Shown piece by piece: positions 1-8,365 of a stretch of DNA of 64,000 bases; positions within the stretch are counted from its first letter, which is position 1, and every line of letters starts with the position of its first letter. The position numbers and the translations under genes were made by a program. Location: positions 1 to 64,000 of the forward strand of contig JBGAJQ010000021.1 in NCBI GenBank assembly GCA_044224875.1, given 5' to 3'. A model generated the notes under the pieces. The model was given only the letters and a program-made list of their open reading frames with translations, searched no databases and was not told the DNA's origin. The DNA comes from Gemmatimonadaceae bacterium. GTDB lineage: Bacteria; Gemmatimonadota; Gemmatimonadetes; Gemmatimonadales; Gemmatimonadaceae.

Positions 1-757
1 GGCGGCCGGTGGCCACCGCCGCCGGCAACGTGGATGATTGCGTGCTGAAGTACCCGCCGTACGGGCACCCCAGCCAGCAGGCGTCCCGCGACTGGCATTG
101 CGTGCGGCCCGGGAGCGGCTGGGTGATGTTGGCCGTGCGGCCGGGTATGAGGTGTCGGCGTCCGCCAAAGAGCTTCTTCAACTTCTCCGAGACCATCACC
201 TCACCGCAATTCAGCGGCATGGCGGGCTGGAACTGGCCGTCGGGGAGCTGGGGAAGACCCTCGATGGATCCGGAGATGCCCGCGAACTTCTCCACGTGAT
301 CGTACCACGGGGCAATCTCGGCGTACCGGATGGGCCAGTCGATGGCGATTCCCTCGCGCGCGTTCGCCGCGAAGTCGAAGTCGCTCCAGCGGTAGCTCTG
401 CCGTCCCCACATCAGGGATCGGCCGCCGACATGATACCCACGGTACCAGTCGAAACGCTTGGTCTCCGTGTACGGCGACTCCTCGTCCTTCACCCAGTAG
501 TCCAGGTTCTTTTCGTTCAGCGGGTAGTCACGCTTCAGGACGGGATAGTGCTTCTCCATCTCCTTGGTGTGACCGCCGCGGTGCGGATACTCCCACGGCG
601 ACTTGGTGGCGTTCTTGTAGTCCTTGATGTGCTCGATGTTGCGACCTCGTTCCAGCAGCAACACCCGCAACCCTTTCTCGGTCAGTTCCTTCGCCGCCCA
701 ACCCCCAGAAATCCCGGAACCAACGACGATCGCGTCATACTCCGGAGCTTGCACCAC
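1..757 (-). CDS. GMC-family FAD oxidoreductase, 5' part (runs off the window edge); paralog of 980..2671
   Basis: Not in the ORF track. Manual minus-strand translation gives VVQAPEYDAIVVGSGISGGWAAKELTEKGLRVLLLERG...CWLGCPYGGYFSTQSSTLPAAVATG, co-linear with the next gene. AGGAGG lies just before GTG at 757/754. Confidence 0.9.
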   Translation of the reverse strand, partial: MVQAPEYDAIVVGSGISGGWAAKELTEKGLRVLLLERGRNIEHIKDYKNATKSPWEYPHRGGHTKEMEKHYPVLKRDYPLNEKNLDYWVKDEESPYTETKRFDWYRGYHVGGRSLMWGRQSYRWSDFDFAANAREGIAIDWPIRYAEIAPWYDHVEKFAGISGSIEGLPQLPDGQFQPAMPLNCGEVMVSEKLKKLFGGRRHLIPGRTANITQPLPGRTQCQSRDACWLGCPYGGYFSTQSSTLPAAVATGR

Positions 758-979
758 TCCCTCCTTTGTGCACGACAGCGGGAAGACCTAACGAAGCTCG
801 GCCAGGCCCCTCAGGCCGCAGGGGCGTCGAGCGCTAATATGTCACTCAGCGACGGAACCCGCGATGAGCAGTCTGCGGCAAATCCAGCTTCCGGCCGACT
901 GGCGCGCAGCCCACACTCGCGCTCGACCACTCGCAATCGATTACGCCGCCCAACGGACGCAAATGCTCGCACCGCGGCC

Positions 980-2671
980 CTAGAACGCCCTCCGGTTCAT
1001 CTCCTGCACGGCATGATCGACCGCGCGCGCCGTGAGTGCCATGTACGTGAGCGATGGGTTCTGACAGGCCGTGGATACCATGCAGGAGCCATCCGTGACA
1101 AACACGTTCGGTGCATCCCAAACCTGGTTCCACTTGTTGAGCACGGATGACTTGGGGTCGCGGCCCATCCGCGCCGTGCCCATTTCGTGAATGCCCATGC
1201 CCGGGAAGTAGGTGCCGTCGAAGGTCTGCACGTCCTTCACGCCGCACGCCGTCAGCATCTCCGCCATGTCGTTCATCATGTCTTTTCGCATGAGGTGCTC
1301 GTTCTCACCGATCGCGCAGTCGATCTTGAGGACGGACAATCCCCATTTGTCCTTCTTCGCTTCATCGAGCGTGACCTTGTTCTCGTGGTTCGGCAGCATC
1401 TCTCCAAATGCCGTGCCGCCAATACTCCACTGGCCCGGTTCGGCCGCCGCATCCTTGAACGAACCGCCAACGCCTAGCTCCGCCACCGCGCGCGACCAAT
1501 CATCGCGCCCGGCGCCCCCTTCGTAGCCAAAGCCGCGGAGGTACGGCCGTTTCTCTCCAAACAGATTCCGGTAGCGTGGGATGTACGATGGATTCGGACG
1601 GCGACCGAAGAAGTACTTGTCTTCAAGCCCTACAACGCGTCCCTGAGCGCCGATTCGAAAGTGGTGATCCATCAGGTTGTGGCCCAGCTCACCCGAACTG
1701 CTGCCAAGCCCACCGGGCCACACGTCGGTCGCCGATCGAAGGAGGAGCCAAGTAGAGTTGAGGGTTGAGGCACAGAGGAAGACGACCTTCGCGGCGTAAT
1801 CGGTCGTCTCGTTCGTCACGGCGTCCAACACACGCACACCGGTCGCGCGCTTTCGATCCTTGTCATAGAGGACCTCGGTCGCGATCGCGAACGGCTTCAG
1901 GGTGAGGCGCCCAGTGGCCACTGCGGCCGGGAGTGTCGCCGACTGCGTGCTGAAGTACGCCCCGTAAGGACAGCCTAACCAACAAGCGTCTCGATACTGG
2001 CAGGCACTACGGTTCCCGATCGGTTGCGTGAGGTTCGCCGTCCGGCTCGAGATCATGCGACGCTTCCCGCCGAACGCCTTCGGGAGTCGGTCGGCCATCA
2101 TTTGCTCGGCGCAGTTCAGGGCCATCGCTGGCTGGAACTCGCCGTCGGGGAGCTGGGGCAGTCCTTCCTTGGATCCCGCAATGCCGGCGAAACGCTCAAC
2201 GTACGAGTACCAGGGGGCCACGTCGGCATACCGAATGGGCCAGTCGGTTGCGATGCCGTCCCTCAGGTTGGCTTCAAAGTCGATGTCACTCCATCGAAAG
2301 CTGCAACGCCCCCACATGAGCGATCGGCCGCCGACGTGATATCCGCGATACCAGTCGAACCGCTTGACCTCGGTGTACGGCGACTCTTCATCGGACGCCC
2401 ACCAGTCGAGGTTTTTCTCATTCAAGGGGAAGTCGCGCTTGAGGACGGGATACCGCTTGATCATGTCCTGCGTGCGCCCACCACGGTGCGGGTACTCCCA
2501 CGGCGCCTTGGTGGCATTCACGTAGTCCTTGATGTGCTCGATGTTCTTGCCGCGTTCGAGGAGCAGGACGCGCAGTCCCTTCTCGGTCAACTCCTTGGCG
2601 GCCCAGCCGCCGGAGATGCCAGATCCCACCACAATCGCGTCAAATGATGTCGTTTGCACGTTGCCTCCCAT
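980..2671 (-). CDS. GMC-family oxidoreductase (sugar/glycoside dehydrogenase flavoprotein-like)
   Basis: GSGISGG FAD-binding motif, VGGRSLMWG, C-terminal HEMGTARMG and QNPSLTYMAL. The true start may be GTG at 2659 (preceded by GGAGG; matches the paralog). Confidence 0.9.
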   Translation of the reverse strand: MGGNVQTTSFDAIVVGSGISGGWAAKELTEKGLRVLLLERGKNIEHIKDYVNATKAPWEYPHRGGRTQDMIKRYPVLKRDFPLNEKNLDWWASDEESPYTEVKRFDWYRGYHVGGRSLMWGRCSFRWSDIDFEANLRDGIATDWPIRYADVAPWYSYVERFAGIAGSKEGLPQLPDGEFQPAMALNCAEQMMADRLPKAFGGKRRMISSRTANLTQPIGNRSACQYRDACWLGCPYGAYFSTQSATLPAAVATGRLTLKPFAIATEVLYDKDRKRATGVRVLDAVTNETTDYAAKVVFLCASTLNSTWLLLRSATDVWPGGLGSSSGELGHNLMDHHFRIGAQGRVVGLEDKYFFGRRPNPSYIPRYRNLFGEKRPYLRGFGYEGGAGRDDWSRAVAELGVGGSFKDAAAEPGQWSIGGTAFGEMLPNHENKVTLDEAKKDKWGLSVLKIDCAIGENEHLMRKDMMNDMAEMLTACGVKDVQTFDGTYFPGMGIHEMGTARMGRDPKSSVLNKWNQVWDAPNVFVTDGSCMVSTACQNPSLTYMALTARAVDHAVQEMNRRAF

Positions 2672-2698
2672 GAGCGGTCGGAAACCTAACGATCTTGC

Positions 2699-4696
2699 TT
2701 AGGGCACGCGATCGAGTTGCACGCGCATCAGGTACATCGCGCGTCGTACGCCCGCCATGGCAGGGTTGGTTCCGGTAATCCGGAAGTGCAGCACGTTCGA
2801 GCCCTCCACCAACGGCAGCGTGGCCACGTACGTCAGCGCGCCGCGCACACGTTGGGCGCTGTAAGTATCCATCACCGTGCCCACTGGTTGATCGCGGTCG
2901 AACAGGCGCACGATACCGCCATCGGGCGCGTTCATTGCTTGCACCGACACACGGTAGTTACCGGCGGCGGTGGTGGTGGCCACCAGGTCCACGCCATGCG
3001 GTCCGAACACATCCCGGGCGCTATCGGCGACGAGGGCGAGGAACTGTCCCACGTCTTTCTCCGTCTGCTTGGCGAGGGTGGCATGACGGAAGGAGAACGC
3101 GTCAATGGGCTGCAGCCACGACGGGTCGAGGACGATGTGATTGACGTCGAGCACCTGGCGCGCGGCGGGTGACAGGTCTGTGGCGCGCACCGCCGGTGGA
3201 TGCTGCGAGTAGAAATACGTGACGGCGGCGTAATCGGTGATGGTGTTGTTGCTAGTGTCGGTGCCGTGCTCGATGGTGAAGTCGATGCTTCGCTGGTACG
3301 CGTACGCGTCACCCAGGTACACGCGGAACCCGCCCGTGCGCCCCAGCGAGATCGAGTACCCTAACGAGCCGCTGAGCGGCAGGGAGATGGCACGATCCCA
3401 GCGTCCCGGCACGCCGTACCAACCGCCGTTGAACGAGTCCTCGGACCCGGTACCGCGGATGAGCGTGTCCCCATCGATGACGGCACGGTCATCGCCCTCG
3501 AAGAATTCCGTGCCCTCGATCCCCACGCCTTGTGCCTGCAACGACAGTCCCACGACGTGGCCGCGACCCGCCGTGCGCAGGAACGTGAACGGCTGATGCC
3601 GGACCGTTGGATTCTCCCGGCGCCAGTACGCGTAGAACCGCCCTTCGTCCGGCTGGCGCCTAACGGGCACCGTCGCTACGGTCAGCGACATGGCGATGGG
3701 CGCCTCGCCGCGATCCAGTGTCAGGTCAAGGCGCGCCGCACGGTCGTACGGCATGGGGAAGTAGAGGTATGCCGTGTCATTCGTCACGCCCAACAACAGG
3801 GAGCGCGCCGTCGGCTTGCCGAAGGCGAAGCCGAACAAGTCGCCGACTGGACTCTCGAGCGCGGGTACGGTCGCCCCGTCGAAGTAGCCGCGCAGAATGG
3901 CGCCGCGGGCACGACCAGCGAAGGCGCTCGCCGGCCACAATCGCAGACCCACGATCCGCCCCCCGGTGGTCGCGCGGAATAGGGTGGTCGTGACCCCCGG
4001 CTGCAACACCCGAGCCACATGCTGCCGTGTGACCGTTGCACCCGGCGGTGCGGTGAAGTTGGACAGGTCCCTTCCCGTGCGGCCGATGACGTCTCGTGCC
4101 CTCGCCAACATGGGATCCGGTGCGTCGGCAGGTTGCCACGAGCGAATGCCGGCCTCCGCGCCGTAGCGCGCGTAGTTGAACTGGATGAACTGCACGCGCG
4201 GTGCCCGCGCGATGACTTTCAACGACTTCGCGTATGCGATCGGCGTGTAGGTCCAGTAGCCACCTCCACCGAAGTCCGTGAGCGGCGCGAGAAAGGGGGC
4301 CCGCTGCCCGAGCACGAGTTCGCGCATCTCCAGCGCCAGCCGCGGCTGCGCTTCCCCATCGAAGTAGAACTCCAGTGTGTCCGCGGTCGGCGTTGGCGTA
4401 TGAAACCGGTACAACACGCCAGGACCCGTCAGGTCCGCCAGCACGAGGCCACGAGGCTCCTGCCGCACGAACGAGTACTTGCCTGAGAATCCGTCGTCGT
4501 TGCCTTCAGTCCGGTCGTACGACGACACGAGTCCCACGGAGAGCGAATGCCGCAGGCGAGGGAGCTCGTCCAGGCGAGCCAACGCCAGCGCACCCAACCC
4601 CGGAACGCTCGACCGACCTTGGTCTTGTGCATCAAGTGGGTGCCGGACGAACGGCAGCAGGGCGAGTGCAAGTACGGCCGCTCGAGTCCTCGACAC
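2699..4696 (-). CDS. Secreted DUF2961 / GH172-like glycoside hydrolase with a C-terminal beta-sandwich
   Basis: Signal peptide; SSYDRTEGNDDG, GPG, ESPVGDLFG, FFEGDD and GTGSEDSFNGGWY motifs typical of DUF2961. Confidence 0.75.
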   Translation of the reverse strand: MSRTRAAVLALALLPFVRHPLDAQDQGRSSVPGLGALALARLDELPRLRHSLSVGLVSSYDRTEGNDDGFSGKYSFVRQEPRGLVLADLTGPGVLYRFHTPTPTADTLEFYFDGEAQPRLALEMRELVLGQRAPFLAPLTDFGGGGYWTYTPIAYAKSLKVIARAPRVQFIQFNYARYGAEAGIRSWQPADAPDPMLARARDVIGRTGRDLSNFTAPPGATVTRQHVARVLQPGVTTTLFRATTGGRIVGLRLWPASAFAGRARGAILRGYFDGATVPALESPVGDLFGFAFGKPTARSLLLGVTNDTAYLYFPMPYDRAARLDLTLDRGEAPIAMSLTVATVPVRRQPDEGRFYAYWRRENPTVRHQPFTFLRTAGRGHVVGLSLQAQGVGIEGTEFFEGDDRAVIDGDTLIRGTGSEDSFNGGWYGVPGRWDRAISLPLSGSLGYSISLGRTGGFRVYLGDAYAYQRSIDFTIEHGTDTSNNTITDYAAVTYFYSQHPPAVRATDLSPAARQVLDVNHIVLDPSWLQPIDAFSFRHATLAKQTEKDVGQFLALVADSARDVFGPHGVDLVATTTAAGNYRVSVQAMNAPDGGIVRLFDRDQPVGTVMDTYSAQRVRGALTYVATLPLVEGSNVLHFRITGTNPAMAGVRRAMYLMRVQLDRVP

Positions 4697-5074
4697 AAAT
4701 CCCTCGGTTGATGGTGGCGGCTGACACTACTTCCTTCGCCGCTATGCGGCTATGGGCGTGCGTCGCTCCTCGACCACACGCGTCCACGGTACGCGGTCGT
4801 CGATGCCATGGTGCCAGCGGACCATCGCCACACCGGCAACGACCACGTGGTGCGCGGTGCGCAAATACAGCTCCCCGGATCGGATTCGATACCAGCTCGG
4901 GCAACGACCAATCCACCCGCCGCCGAGCGACGTAGCAGGTTCAGCGGCCCCCAGTTCCGGGGCGGTCTGGCCCGCCACGGTCCTCTGGCCTCCGTGCCTC
5001 CGGACCGTCTTGGGTCGCGTTTACCCAGAGTGGTCGCTGCACGGGGGACCACACTTACACTCGTTCGACGAGGC

Positions 5075-5665
5075 ATGGGCGCGAAACTTCGATCCGTTGT
5101 GGACAAGTCAGACTCGGGGCTCCTCTTCCGCGCGAAGTCGGGCGACGAGGGCGCCGCGGGGCTGCTCTTCGATCGGTATAGCGAAACGTCCTACGGTCTC
5201 GCGCTCGCGATCGTCGGGGACGAGCAGGTGGCGCAACAAGTAGTGGCCGAATCGTTCGCGGAGCTGTGGCACGGGACAACGCGTTCAGAGAAGTCGCCGG
5301 TGGAGGGGACGCTCGAGTCTGCGATCGCCCTGATCGTGAGAAGGCGCGCACTCGGACGGGGCCGAGTCGGGAACTCCACCAGCGAGCTGCAACAGGTGAC
5401 ACGTTCGGTAGCGAACGGTGGGGCGGCGCCCTGGTCGTCCCACTCAGTCCGTGAGTTAGTGGCCGGGGTTTTGGATGGGCTTCCCAGGTTGCAGCGCCGA
5501 GCGCTGGAACTTGCCTTCTTCCGGGGTCTTGCGGTTCCGGAGATCGCGAAAGAAATACTTGAACCGGAGCATACCGTTGTTTCGTACCTTCGTTCGGCGA
5601 TGGACGCCTTGAAGCATGCCAACGCCATGTCCTCTCACACTCACACCTCGCTAGGTGGTCGATGA
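5075..5665 (+). CDS. ECF sigma factor (SigK-like, divergent)
   Basis: Region 2 (GDEGAAGLLFDRY...LW) and region 4 (LPRLQRRALELAFFRGLAVPEIA). Overlaps the downstream anti-sigma gene (ATGA). Start set at ATG 5075. Confidence 0.8.
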   Translation: MGAKLRSVVDKSDSGLLFRAKSGDEGAAGLLFDRYSETSYGLALAIVGDEQVAQQVVAESFAELWHGTTRSEKSPVEGTLESAIALIVRRRALGRGRVGNSTSELQQVTRSVANGGAAPWSSHSVRELVAGVLDGLPRLQRRALELAFFRGLAVPEIAKEILEPEHTVVSYLRSAMDALKHANAMSSHTHTSLGGR

Positions 5666-6456
5666 CGCACGAGATGCATCTCGAGTCGGCAGCGGCGTAT
5701 GCGCTCGGTGCGCTCGATGCAGGAGATCGGGCATCGTTCGAGGCGCACTTGGCTGAGTGCGATGAATGTCGAAAGGCCGTCGCCGACTACCGAAACGTGG
5801 CGGGGTTGCTCGTACATGCCGTGGCGACGGGCAGGCCGTCGGATGGCGATGCGCTCCGGCGCCGCGTCGTGCGTGAGGCCTCCGGCGTCCGACCGTTGTC
5901 GACGGCCGAGTCGCTCCGTTCGTCGCGCGCTGAAGTCCGTCGTTCCTTCACGCCGTGGCTCGCGGCCGCCGCGTGCCTGCTGATCGCGGTATCGAGTGGC
6001 GTGGCGTGGCGTCGAACGCAGCGAGAGGCGGAGCGTCTCACGCTCGATCTCGCATCGGCCCGGGCCGGTATCGCCGCGCGTGATTCAACGATCGCCGCGT
6101 TCTTTGGGCCGGAGGTGCACGTCGTATCGTTGAGCGAGCCCCAGCAGAAGCCGCAAATGCGCGTGTACTGGAATCACACAAGCAATCTCTTCATCGTCAC
6201 GGCCTTCAACGTCCCGCGGACTCCTGAGGGAAAGACGTATCAGCTGTGGGCGATGGTGAAGGGCAAGGCGCCGATTTCCATGGGGACCTTCAAGACCGAT
6301 GCCGCGGGGCGGGCGACGGCATTGTTGCAGGTGGCGTCCTCCGTGATCGACGCTGGCCACATCGACGACTGTGCCTTGACCGTGGAGCCCGACGGCGGGT
6401 CGTTGCAGCCCACGGAGAACCCGCGCCTGATCGGTGCCTGGCGGCACGTGGACTGA
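5662..6456 (+). CDS. Anti-sigma factor, RskA family with N-terminal zf-HC2
   Basis: AAYALGAL...FEAHLAECDEC (HxxxCxxC), one TM helix, RskA motifs YQLW and ALTVEPDGGS. Confidence 0.9.
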   Translation: MTHEMHLESAAAYALGALDAGDRASFEAHLAECDECRKAVADYRNVAGLLVHAVATGRPSDGDALRRRVVREASGVRPLSTAESLRSSRAEVRRSFTPWLAAAACLLIAVSSGVAWRRTQREAERLTLDLASARAGIAARDSTIAAFFGPEVHVVSLSEPQQKPQMRVYWNHTSNLFIVTAFNVPRTPEGKTYQLWAMVKGKAPISMGTFKTDAAGRATALLQVASSVIDAGHIDDCALTVEPDGGSLQPTENPRLIGAWRHVD

Positions 6457-6465
6457 GCGGACGAC

Positions 6466-6509
6466 AAAAGAAAACGCCGGTTCAACGTGGAGGCGCGTTG
6501 AACCGGCGT
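6466..6509 (-). terminator. Intrinsic terminator between convergent genes
   Basis: 14-bp perfect inverted repeat ACGCCGGTTCAACG (6474-6487) / CGTTGAACCGGCGT (6496-6509), followed on the minus strand by TTTTCTTTT. Confidence 0.85.
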
Positions 6510-6528
6510 GGGGGTTGCCGGGTCGTCG

Positions 6529-7776
6529 TTACTTCTTTGCCGTGACGTCGCGCAGCAACCACTTCTTTCCGTCGAAGTCGAAGAGCACGGAGCCGTTCGC
6601 TTCCATGGCGCTCATGGCCACTTTGGCCGAGTCCAGCCCCGCTTGCATGGTCACCTTGCGGTCGAGCAGGGCCTTGTCGGCAGCCACAACTTCCAGCTGA
6701 TACCAGCGTCGCAGGAGCGGAAGGACGTCCTTGATGGGCTGGTCGGTCACCTCGAACTGGCCGTTGATCCAACCCAGTGCCGAGCCCAACTCCTTGTCTG
6801 TCGGGGTTCCGACGCCACTCTGCTTCACGACCACGGCGTCGCCGGCCTTCACGACTTCGTCCTTGCCGCCCTTCGGTGTGACGATCACCTCACCCTCGCG
6901 AACTCGCACGGTCACACGTCCCTCGGTTGGATAGGCGGACACGTCGAATGCCGTGCCTGTTGCCTTGATGGTGGCTCGGCCCGCGCGCACGATGAACGGC
7001 AGTGGTTGCCCGGAGGCGACGACGAAGGATGCCGTGCCATCCAGCCCCACGGCCCGGAGGGTTGTAGGGAACACCGGGGGAATACGGAGGTGCGAGTCCG
7101 CGCCTAACGTCACGACCGACCCTTCGTCCAGCTTCACGTTGCCGCGTTGACCGTTCTTGGTTGAAATCTCACGGGTGTCCTGGTGCGCCAGCGCGCGCGA
7201 GATCTTGCCTTCCTCCTTGGACGCGGGAATCCAGAAGAGCACCGCCATGATGATAAGGGCGACCGCGGCAATGCCACCGACCGCAAAAATCGGGAAGCGC
7301 TTCTTTTGTCCCATCGCCGCCATGTGCTCAGCCGCGTGGTGCTTGGAGAGCGATTGGCGCTCCTGCTGCAGCTTGTCGTGCTCCGCGGAGTTCGCGTGAA
7401 GTGCCGCCTTGATGTGTCCCCAGACGTCATCGATGGTCGGTGGGACCACGGCATGCTCGGCCTTCTTCGCACCTGGTGCATCGTGGCGGTGTAGGGCAGC
7501 CAAGCGTCCCTTCTCGCGAATCGCCAGTTCGTGCGTCGTGCGCTCCAGGAAGGCATCCAAGGCGAGCGGAGTCTCCGCCTGCGAACGCTCCTGCCACATG
7601 CGCAACATCACGTGCTCGACGACCTTGCTGGCTCTCGCAACGTCCGGAACTTCCGCACGGGCCAAGTCGAGCAGTGTAGCGAACTTCGCGTAAAACACGC
7701 GTTCTAGGGCATGCTCGTCGCCGCCGCGGAAGGCATTTACCGTGTCGGCGTCGAGACGATTGAGTGTGGCAGGCAT
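6529..7776 (-). CDS. FecR-domain membrane protein with an N-terminal ECF sigma region-2-like domain
   Basis: FecR motifs (GQRGNVKLDEGSVVTLGADSHL, LDGTASFVV, PFIV, ATGTAFDV, VREGEV, LGWINGQF) after a TM helix. The N-terminus GDEHALERVFYAKFATLLDLA...VMLRMWQER resembles sigma region 2. Confidence 0.8.
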   Translation of the reverse strand: MPATLNRLDADTVNAFRGGDEHALERVFYAKFATLLDLARAEVPDVARASKVVEHVMLRMWQERSQAETPLALDAFLERTTHELAIREKGRLAALHRHDAPGAKKAEHAVVPPTIDDVWGHIKAALHANSAEHDKLQQERQSLSKHHAAEHMAAMGQKKRFPIFAVGGIAAVALIIMAVLFWIPASKEEGKISRALAHQDTREISTKNGQRGNVKLDEGSVVTLGADSHLRIPPVFPTTLRAVGLDGTASFVVASGQPLPFIVRAGRATIKATGTAFDVSAYPTEGRVTVRVREGEVIVTPKGGKDEVVKAGDAVVVKQSGVGTPTDKELGSALGWINGQFEVTDQPIKDVLPLLRRWYQLEVVAADKALLDRKVTMQAGLDSAKVAMSAMEANGSVLFDFDGKKWLLRDVTAKK

Positions 7777-8118
7777 AAGCTCTCCTGGCAGGGTAGGGCG
7801 TCATGAATTGCTGACATCACAACTGACGCGACCCCGATTCTCCCACTAGAGCACTTTCCGGTACCTGCTGCCGGGCAATCGCTGACAAGCCTCCTCGCTA
7901 TCGTGCGGGCAAGTCCGGCACGGCACCAGCCGCATGACGCCGCGATCCGCTCACGCGTCCTTTCGTTGATAGCTGGAAAAGGCGCGGACTCCCTGGACCA
8001 CCGCCGATCGGCAACCGGGGGCTCCGCGGGATCGGCGCGTTGATCCGACGCCGCCGACCGATCAAGTTTCCATCTACCGCATTCTTCACCTGGTCATGGC
8101 CCCGCCGCAGGAATCCCG

Positions 8119-8298
8119 ATGAACGAGAAGCAGCTCCAGGCGCTCGCCCGAAAGAACGCTGCCAAGGCGTTGAAGAACCAGAACAAGCCGCGCCCGTCGT
8201 ACGATGCCACGCTCGATGCCACGCGAGGGACCTCGGACGAAACTGCGGCGCTGGAGGCGCAGCGCATGTTCAAGGAAATGAAGCGGCGAGAGTTCTAG
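8119..8298 (+). CDS. Small basic hypothetical protein (59 aa)
   Basis: ATG 8119 to TAG 8298, MNEKQLQALARKNAAKALKNQNKPRPSYDATLDATRGTSDETAALEAQRMFKEMKRREF. CAGGA upstream, host-like GC3 codons, fills an otherwise empty gap. Confidence 0.6.
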   Translation: MNEKQLQALARKNAAKALKNQNKPRPSYDATLDATRGTSDETAALEAQRMFKEMKRREF

Positions 8299-8365
8299 TC
8301 AGACGCAAACGGGCGGGACACGAGATGGCATCGCGTCCCGCCCGAGTGCATCAAGCCGCGCGTCA

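Noticed and set aside
4742..4978. 78-aa minus-strand ORF upstream of the DUF2961 gene
   Set aside because: It fits the gap but has no recognisable motif or clear RBS, so I cannot support it.
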